Source: Candidatus Dojkabacteria bacterium (GTDB lineage Bacteria > Patescibacteriota > Dojkabacteria > SC72). From it: a stretch of DNA of 64,000 nucleotides. The DNA is taken from NCBI GenBank assembly GCA_050950145.1, contig JBMNHB010000001.1, positions 684,820-748,819 of the forward strand. Reading direction: 5' to 3'. Each line of letters starts with the position of its first letter. The first letter of the stretch is position 1. This document shows, in pieces, positions 57,895-64,000 of the stretch. The notes beneath the pieces are model-generated. The model was not told where the DNA came from. It saw only the letters and a program-made list of their open reading frames with translations, and did no database searches. The position numbers were made by a program, and so were the translations under genes.

Positions 57895-58830
57895 ATGTAT
57901 ACTAGAATAGATAATATCAATTTAGTAATACTAAATATGGAAGAATTTCAGAACCCTTCTACGCCATTAGAAGATAATAGTATGGCACAAACACCTACAC
58001 AACAAATAAGTGTAACTCCACAACCAATAACAGAAGAAAATATAAAAACTACACAGAGAAAGAAAGATAACAAAACCTTAATTTGGATAATTGTACTATT
58101 AGTATTCATCATAATTGGTACGGGTGTATATATATTGTATAAAGATGGTGCTTTTACCAAAGAAAACACAAATCAAGAGGATAGTGGTATAACAGTTGTA
58201 GAAGAAAAGAAAGGGGATGAAAAGATAGAAGACACAGTACCAAAAGTAGAAACAAAACCACAGTTACAGAAATTTATAGGAAAGTTTGTAACAGCAGAAC
58301 TACCAGAAGGATGGAGTATTAAAGAGTTCACAGAATTTTATGATGATGAAGGAAACCAAGAAGAACCACCAGATAAAAACTATAAAGGTCTAGCTTCACT
58401 AAGGATATATAAAGGTGACAAAAAAGTTCTACAATTTAATCCATTTTTTGGAGGAATAGGAACAAGAGATTTTAGTGGAACAATTTATAGATTTAAAGAC
58501 TATTCACCAGAATGGGAACAAGAAGAAAAGGACGAATTAGAAAAAGCAGGAGCAACAATAAACATTATAGACTATACCCAAACATCATACTCTGAGTATA
58601 AAATTTTAGGTTTAACAGTCAGAAGAATAGGTAAATGGTTCTTTTATGATCACATACCTACAACAACAACTTTTGAATATCCATCCACGGGAGCAATCCT
58701 TTCCACTTTCCTGCCATGTTCAACACAATCGGAACGTGTCTCGTTTAGTTTTGCTGACGATATTACAGAACCAGATCTACTAATAATTGATAAAATATTA
58801 GAAAGTTTAAAACCTAATTGTATTGAATAG
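57895..58830 (+). CDS. Bitopic membrane protein, paralogue A of a tandem pair upstream of the type IV pilus genes
   Basis: Cytoplasmic N-terminus, transmembrane segment (LIWIIVLLVFIIIGTGVYILY), then KFIGKFVTAELPEGWSIKEF...YKGLASLRIYKGDKKVLQFNPFFGG, which matches paralogue B. Confidence 0.5.
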   Translation: MYTRIDNINLVILNMEEFQNPSTPLEDNSMAQTPTQQISVTPQPITEENIKTTQRKKDNKTLIWIIVLLVFIIIGTGVYILYKDGAFTKENTNQEDSGITVVEEKKGDEKIEDTVPKVETKPQLQKFIGKFVTAELPEGWSIKEFTEFYDDEGNQEEPPDKNYKGLASLRIYKGDKKVLQFNPFFGGIGTRDFSGTIYRFKDYSPEWEQEEKDELEKAGATINIIDYTQTSYSEYKILGLTVRRIGKWFFYDHIPTTTTFEYPSTGAILSTFLPCSTQSERVSFSFADDITEPDLLIIDKILESLKPNCIE

Positions 58831-58869
58831 GTCTTAATACATATTTAAATTAAAATAACATTAATCAAT

Positions 58870-59697
58870 ATGGAAGAAAATCAAGAGAATAATTTAAATC
58901 TACAACCAACACCTCCAATAGAGAATGTTGCAGAAACTACACCTAAAAAAGGTAAAATACTAGTCTTTACCAATGTTTTACTTACCCTCCTTGTTATCGG
59001 TTTAGGTATATATATCTTTATAACAAATAAAAAAATTAAGGAGTTAGAGAAAGAAGATCAAGAGAAAATTACTCAAAAAGGTGGGCTAGTTGTTGTTGAA
59101 GCAGAAGTAGAAGAAGAGACTGTTGAGAAACCACAGACAAAGAATTTTGTAGGTAAGTATATTAAAGCAGAACTCCCTACTGGATGGGAGATTGTAGAAT
59201 ATGGAAATGGTGAAGGAACAAAATATCTAATGGAGGGAACTAACTACAAAGGTCTAACAGGTCTAAAGATTTATTACAATCAAAAAAACATCTTAACTAT
59301 GTCTGCAGTAGATGGTATAGGATCTAATGAATGTTCCAAACTACCTCATTTTAAAGACTCCTCTGAGAAGTATGAAAATGATATGAAAGAAATGGTTAAA
59401 GGAACAGGAAACACCTTTGAACTGCTAGACTATACTAATGGAGGATATGAGGAGTATAAATGGTTTGATAGAAATATTAGAAGAGTAGGAAGCACTTTCC
59501 ACTATGATACTCAAAACGACAATGCATACTTTGAACCACAGTGTATGTTCCCTGTTGTAGCTTTTGAGACATCTCTATTTAGTAGCGATAGTGGTAGTCC
59601 AACAATGAATAGTTATCAGTACGAGCTAGAGAAAACCACAACCAAAGTTGTTTTAGAACAGTTAGATACAATCCTAAAGAGTATGAAAACTATCTAA
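58870..59697 (+). CDS. Bitopic membrane protein, paralogue B
   Basis: Transmembrane segment (ILVFTNVLLTLLVIGLGIYIFI), then NFVGKYIKAELPTGWEIVEY...YKGLTGLKIYYNQKNILTMSAVDG. Confidence 0.5.
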   Translation: MEENQENNLNLQPTPPIENVAETTPKKGKILVFTNVLLTLLVIGLGIYIFITNKKIKELEKEDQEKITQKGGLVVVEAEVEEETVEKPQTKNFVGKYIKAELPTGWEIVEYGNGEGTKYLMEGTNYKGLTGLKIYYNQKNILTMSAVDGIGSNECSKLPHFKDSSEKYENDMKEMVKGTGNTFELLDYTNGGYEEYKWFDRNIRRVGSTFHYDTQNDNAYFEPQCMFPVVAFETSLFSSDSGSPTMNSYQYELEKTTTKVVLEQLDTILKSMKTI

Positions 59698-59794
59698 AAA
59701 GTTTCTTCACTATAGAAGTTACTGTCCCTAATTGACACCATTACAATTACCTCGTATATTAAATATGTACTTAATTTAATTAAATTATTTTTCT

Positions 59795-60235
59795 ATGGAG
59801 AAAAAAAGATACGAAGGTTTCTCACTCATTGAGATCCTTGTAGTCGTAGCATTGATCATTATCCTTGCTACAATTACAATTGTTGCTATCAACCCTGGAA
59901 AGAATTTTAGGGATACAAGAAATGCACAGAGGAGCTCAGATGTGAACTCTATCCTTAATGCAGTTACCCAGTACACAACTGATGGTAATACATTAGCCAC
60001 TTTTGGTACCATTTCTGAATGTACAGATGGTGCAACAGCAATTGGTACAGGAGATACTAATGCAGACCTTACACCCTTAACAGAGGGAGATGCAAACTAC
60101 ATTGTATCTATCCCAATGGATCCTAGTGGTGGAACTGCAGAAAATACTGGCTATACAATCTGTACAATTGGAACAAGAGTACAGATTGCTGCACCAAATG
60201 CAGAAGCTGGAAAAGTCATTGAAGTAAAGAGATAG
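59795..60235 (+). CDS. Type IV pilin (prepilin with N-terminal cleavage/methylation motif)
   Basis: RYEG|FSLIEILVVVALIIILATITIVAI is the class III signal peptide. The C-terminal region is globular. Confidence 0.8.
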   Translation: MEKKRYEGFSLIEILVVVALIIILATITIVAINPGKNFRDTRNAQRSSDVNSILNAVTQYTTDGNTLATFGTISECTDGATAIGTGDTNADLTPLTEGDANYIVSIPMDPSGGTAENTGYTICTIGTRVQIAAPNAEAGKVIEVKR

Positions 60236-60298
60236 TTACTTCAATACTGTTTGAATATATAAAGTGAGTATCAGATAGCTCTTAGCTGTCCAAGGGTT

Positions 60299-61720
60299 AT
60301 GATCGAATTACTAGAATTATTAGATGATGTTCTCAAGAAGAAGATCAATATATCTGACTTCCTTGATGCTTTAATTCTAGATGCCCTTAAGAGCAGAGCA
60401 TCTGATATTCACATAGAGTCTAAAGATGACGATATTCTCCTAGTTAGATACAGAGTAGATGGCGTCTTAAGAGATATCATTTCCATTGGTCCAGAACTAA
60501 AAGAAAGTCTTCTCTTTATTGTCAAAGTAAGAGCAAAACTTAGAACTGATGTACACTTAGCTCCTCAAGATGGAAAGATTCTTTTTGTAATTAAAAAATC
60601 TGATATAGAAGGAGAAGAGTCAAAAGAGGAAGAGAAGGAAGGTAAAGAAGAGAACCAACCTGAAGTAGTAGAAGAGAAAGTAGAGAAGGAAGAAGAGAAA
60701 AAAGAAGAAAAGAAGAAAAAGAAAGATGACAAAGAGGAAGAAGAACCTCTAAACAGGTTAGAGGTGTATAAATCTCAAGAAAAAGATACATATAATGTAG
60801 ATGCAAGAGTATCAATATTACCTGTATCCTTTGGTGAAAAAGTTGTAATTAGGTTACTCACTCAAGCAAATAAATCATACTCTATGGCAGACCTAGGATT
60901 TGGAGAACATGATTTAGAAATGCTCGAGAAATCATATAGACAACCATACGGATTAATATTGATTACAGGACCAACAGGTAGTGGTAAAACCACAACACTC
61001 TACTCTATTCTTAAGATTCTAAATACTAGGGAGGTAAACATAACTACAATTGAAGATCCCGTTGAGTACAGTATTGAGGGAGTTAATCACATACAGATCA
61101 ATGTTAAAAGTGATTTAACCTTTGCTACTGGACTTAGATCTATCCTAAGACAAGACCCTAATGTCATCATGGTGGGAGAGATTAGAGATACTGAAACAGC
61201 AAGAATTACTGTTAACTCTGCTCTTACTGGACACCTAGTACTCTCTACTCTACATGCAAATGACTCTGTAAGTGCAATACCAAGACTGGTAGATATGGGT
61301 ATAGAACCCTTCTTAATCGCGTCAACACTTAACATTGTTGTAGCGCAAAGACTCGGTAGAAGACTATGTAAGGAATGTAAGAAAGAATATATATTACAAA
61401 GTGATCAAGAGAACAGTGAATTATTAAAAATGAGGCCTGATTTGCAAAAATTTGTAAAGCCAACACAAAAACTGTACAAAGCTGTAGGTTGTGACCTATG
61501 TAACAACACAGGATACTCAGGAAGAGTTGGAATCTATGAATTACTTTACATAGACAAACCTCTCAGAGACACGATAATAACAAACCCATCTATGGATGCA
61601 ATCCTTGCGGAAGCAAAAAAAGGAGATTTTAAACTTATGGTTGAAGATGCTGTCACTAAACTAACCGACGGAATAATTGATATTAAAGAATTAATTAAAG
61701 TAATTGCGATTAAAGACTAA
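60299..61720 (+). CDS. pilB: Type IV pilus assembly ATPase PilB/GspE family. It has a K/E-rich low-complexity insertion in the N-terminal domain.
   Basis: Walker A GPTGSGKTTTLYSIL. The Asp box, His box and tetracysteine C-K-E-C ... C-D-L-C are present. The insertion is EEKEGKEENQPEVVEEKVEKEEEKKEEKKKKKDDKEEEE. Confidence 0.85.
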   Translation: MIELLELLDDVLKKKINISDFLDALILDALKSRASDIHIESKDDDILLVRYRVDGVLRDIISIGPELKESLLFIVKVRAKLRTDVHLAPQDGKILFVIKKSDIEGEESKEEEKEGKEENQPEVVEEKVEKEEEKKEEKKKKKDDKEEEEPLNRLEVYKSQEKDTYNVDARVSILPVSFGEKVVIRLLTQANKSYSMADLGFGEHDLEMLEKSYRQPYGLILITGPTGSGKTTTLYSILKILNTREVNITTIEDPVEYSIEGVNHIQINVKSDLTFATGLRSILRQDPNVIMVGEIRDTETARITVNSALTGHLVLSTLHANDSVSAIPRLVDMGIEPFLIASTLNIVVAQRLGRRLCKECKKEYILQSDQENSELLKMRPDLQKFVKPTQKLYKAVGCDLCNNTGYSGRVGIYELLYIDKPLRDTIITNPSMDAILAEAKKGDFKLMVEDAVTKLTDGIIDIKELIKVIAIKD

Positions 61721-62991
61721 TGACAGACGAAGAGAAAAAACAATTAGAAGAGTTTGAAAAAGAACAAGAAGAGAAAAAGAATGGCAAAGAGAAAGAGGAA
61801 GTAAAAGTCATTGAGGTTCCTAAAAAGGAAGAAGTAAAAGAACAAGTAAAAGAGGAAGTAAAGGAAGAACCTAAACAGAAAGAAGAGAAAAAAGAAAATG
61901 TTGTTGTAGAAGACAAACAGAAAGAAAAAAGCTTAAAGAAATTACAAAGAATTAAAGTAAAAATCCCTACCCTACTTATCTCAATTAAGTCTCTGGCAGC
62001 ACTACTAAAAGCTGGTATCCCTCTCTCTGAAACAATTGAAACTATATCTGGACAATCTAGTGATGAGAATCTAAATAGTATCTATTCGTATATATCACAA
62101 GAAGTTAAAAAAGGAACTCGTTTGGCAACAGCAATGAGATTATTTCCAAAAGTATTCCCTGAAACAATAGCATCTGTTGTAGAAGCTGGAGAAAAAGGAG
62201 GATCTTTAGAAAAAAACCTTATCTTCGTAGCAGATACAATACAGAAAGAGTGGGAGATAAATAAGAAGTTAAGAGGAGCGATAATATATCCTGTCATCAT
62301 TATGGGAATGACTATGGTTGAGTTCTTAGGAATGATCTTTATCGTACTTCCTAAACTGGAGACTATGTTTGAAGCTTTTGAAAATATTCCTGCATTCACC
62401 CAATTCATCATGAACGCATCAAAATTCATCAGAACAAACTGGATGATAATATTTGGAATAATCTTTGTTCTAGTAATACTGTTTGTCATATTCTTAAGAA
62501 CCAAAGCAGGAAAAAAATTCACAGGGTGGCTGGCTATCAATTTCCCAATTCTTAAGAAACTCTTTACTGCAAATATTCTCTCTTCCTTCTCTAGAACACT
62601 TAGTATCCTGTTAGCTAGTGGTATCCCTTTAGAAAAATCTATGGAGATAGCATCTAATACAACAAGCAACTATATTTATGCTGAAATATTAAAGAAGGTA
62701 CACGATGGTATCCAGCACGGGAAAGACCTTTCAATATCCCTATCTGAATATCCAAAATACTTCAACCCATCTTTTGTAAAAATGGTAGATATTGGAGAAA
62801 TCAGTGGATCACTAGAAGACAACCTCATGTATCTTCATGAATTCTATGCTGAGGAAGTAGGAGAGATGAGTAATAATATAGTTACCTTCATAGAACCGCT
62901 CTTACTAATCATTGTTGGAGTAATAATTGGAGGTTTAGGAATTACTGTTTTAATGCCTATCTATCAACTAATGGGTACAATCAATGGATAA
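61720..62991 (+). CDS. pilC: Type IV pilus platform protein PilC/GspF family with a K/E-rich N-terminal extension of about 75 aa
   Basis: Two T2SSF-type domains (…LLKAGIPLSETIETI… and …LLASGIPLEKSMEIA…) and three transmembrane segments. Confidence 0.85.
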   Translation: MTDEEKKQLEEFEKEQEEKKNGKEKEEVKVIEVPKKEEVKEQVKEEVKEEPKQKEEKKENVVVEDKQKEKSLKKLQRIKVKIPTLLISIKSLAALLKAGIPLSETIETISGQSSDENLNSIYSYISQEVKKGTRLATAMRLFPKVFPETIASVVEAGEKGGSLEKNLIFVADTIQKEWEINKKLRGAIIYPVIIMGMTMVEFLGMIFIVLPKLETMFEAFENIPAFTQFIMNASKFIRTNWMIIFGIIFVLVILFVIFLRTKAGKKFTGWLAINFPILKKLFTANILSSFSRTLSILLASGIPLEKSMEIASNTTSNYIYAEILKKVHDGIQHGKDLSISLSEYPKYFNPSFVKMVDIGEISGSLEDNLMYLHEFYAEEVGEMSNNIVTFIEPLLLIIVGVIIGGLGITVLMPIYQLMGTING

Positions 62992-63451
62992 AGGAAATAT
63001 GCAAATACAAAAAATGAAAGGATTCTCCCTGCTTGAGATTATCCTAACAGTCGCAATACTTCTAATTCTCTCTGTTTTTCTTTTTCCTTTTACACTTGGT
63101 AAACTCCAAGAAGCTCAGTTGAGAAGTTATTCAACAAAATTAACTGAAGATATATATTTTCAACAACAACAAGCTAGAAACCAAAATATACATACAGGAA
63201 TAAAGATAGAATCTGGGAAATACACCCTCTTTACAGGAGAAACTCTCGGATCTTCTACAGAGAAAGATGTAAAGGAATTAGATAGAGGATATACAATATC
63301 AAACATCTCGTTAAGTGAAGGAGCAACTATTCTTTTTTCTCCTAGTAGTGTTAAACCTACATCATTTGGAACATTTATTTTAAATAGAGGACAGAGTAGT
63401 ATCCGTATATATATTAACAAGGAAGGTTTAATTGGAAATGAGAAAATGTAA
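62984..63451 (+). CDS. Minor pilin / pseudopilin (prepilin-type N-terminal cleavage/methylation domain)
   Basis: MKG|FSLLEIILTVAILLILSVFLF. Confidence 0.75.
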   Translation: MDKGNMQIQKMKGFSLLEIILTVAILLILSVFLFPFTLGKLQEAQLRSYSTKLTEDIYFQQQQARNQNIHTGIKIESGKYTLFTGETLGSSTEKDVKELDRGYTISNISLSEGATILFSPSSVKPTSFGTFILNRGQSSIRIYINKEGLIGNEKM

Positions 63452-64000
63452 AAAGACTTACAAAGCACTTAGTTTAGCAGAATTGGTTCTAGCCATTGCT
63501 CTGTTTGGCCTCATGTCATCCTTTTTAGTTTTTCTAGTCGTAGATGCTACAAGAGCTTTTACTAATACACAGAGAAGATCTGAGGCAACCAATCTTACAA
63601 ATGAGATATACTCTGCCCTAAAACTACTAAAAACCGATGAATGGTTTGTAGTAACACAACACACTGGATTAGGACCAAAACACCTTGTATTTTCCGATGG
63701 TAAGTACTCCATTCTTGATGGGGAAGGAGAACGAAACGGTTTGAAATATAGTTTCACTGTTAATTTCGCAAAAAGAGATAGTTTTGGTAATCTAAATGAT
63801 GAAGGAGAGATAACAGACCCACATACTAGAGTAATAGCATTGGCAATAGAGTGGACTGATAGTATAGGGAAGAAACACATACTTTCACCCAAACTATATA
63901 TGAACGACTGGCATGTTAATACATTTACATTTACAGACGAGACTGATTTCAAGAAAGGAACTCACGTAGAAACTGCAGCAGCAAATATTATGGGAGGAGA
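63438..64000 (+). CDS. Minor pilin / pseudopilin, truncated by the window end and not on the ORF track
   Basis: Manual translation from ATG 63438 gives MRKCKKTYKA|LSLAELVLAIALFGLMSSFLVFLV... It has a class III signal peptide and no stop before the window end. Confidence 0.6.
   Translation, partial: MRKCKKTYKALSLAELVLAIALFGLMSSFLVFLVVDATRAFTNTQRRSEATNLTNEIYSALKLLKTDEWFVVTQHTGLGPKHLVFSDGKYSILDGEGERNGLKYSFTVNFAKRDSFGNLNDEGEITDPHTRVIALAIEWTDSIGKKHILSPKLYMNDWHVNTFTFTDETDFKKGTHVETAAANIMGG

Noticed and set aside
60888-60900. CAGACCTAGGA inside pilB resembling the CCTAGG-core repeat
   Set aside because: It lies within coding sequence (…MADLGFG…) and lacks the flanking half-sites. It is probably a chance occurrence.
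60590-61950. Possible CRISPR-like or tandem nucleotide repeats in the K/E-rich regions of pilB and pilC
   Set aside because: The periodicity is codon-level low complexity (GAA/AAA/GAG) within intact ORFs, not spacer-repeat architecture.
63458-63952. Minus-strand 164-aa ORF at the window end
   Set aside because: The plus strand here encodes a prepilin-like protein (class III signal peptide) continuing the pilus operon. The minus-strand ORF is antisense noise.

Overview
The window looks like part of a low-GC, reduced genome, most consistent with a CPR/Patescibacteria-like bacterium read in the standard genetic code. Supporting signs are an ATP-dependent DNA ligase, the DUF134/DUF5320 gene pair, a divergent 16S signature, scarce Shine-Dalgarno sites and type IV pilus genes. 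A complete rRNA operon lies on the minus strand (16S, tRNA-Ile, tRNA-Ala, 23S, 5S). Its 23S is about 3.75 kb because two ORF-less group I introns sit six nucleotides apart in helix 69. Joining the exons across them restores the universal 23S sequence GTAACTATAACGGTCCTAAGGTAGCG. Housekeeping genes include clpC-like (partial), rpsA, polA, ftsH, efp, smpB, nfo, dgkA, an endonuclease III-like glycosylase, an ABC-F ATPase, flavodoxin, a NrnA-like phosphoesterase, a UvrD-like helicase-nuclease, and six tRNAs including a rare tRNA-Ile(UAU) and two tRNA-CAU. Accessory content is prominent. There is a 1716-aa DUF285-repeat surface adhesin with cadherin-like and Ig-like domains. A DDE transposase insertion sequence with doubled terminal inverted repeats sits just upstream of a DUF1846 gene. 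A XerC/D-like tyrosine recombinase lies between two tRNAs next to a VirD4/TraG-like coupling ATPase. Five tandem VirB2/TrbC-like pilin paralogues occur about 6 kb further on. A type IV pilus locus (pilin, PilB, PilC, two pseudopilins) has unusual K/E-rich insertions. A Phd/YefM-ParE toxin-antitoxin pair carries a palindromic operator. A promoter-driven, tRNA-like structured RNA candidate and a family of GC-rich CCTAGG-core palindromic repeats are also present. Coordinates for RNA ends and motifs were counted by eye and may be off by a few nucleotides.
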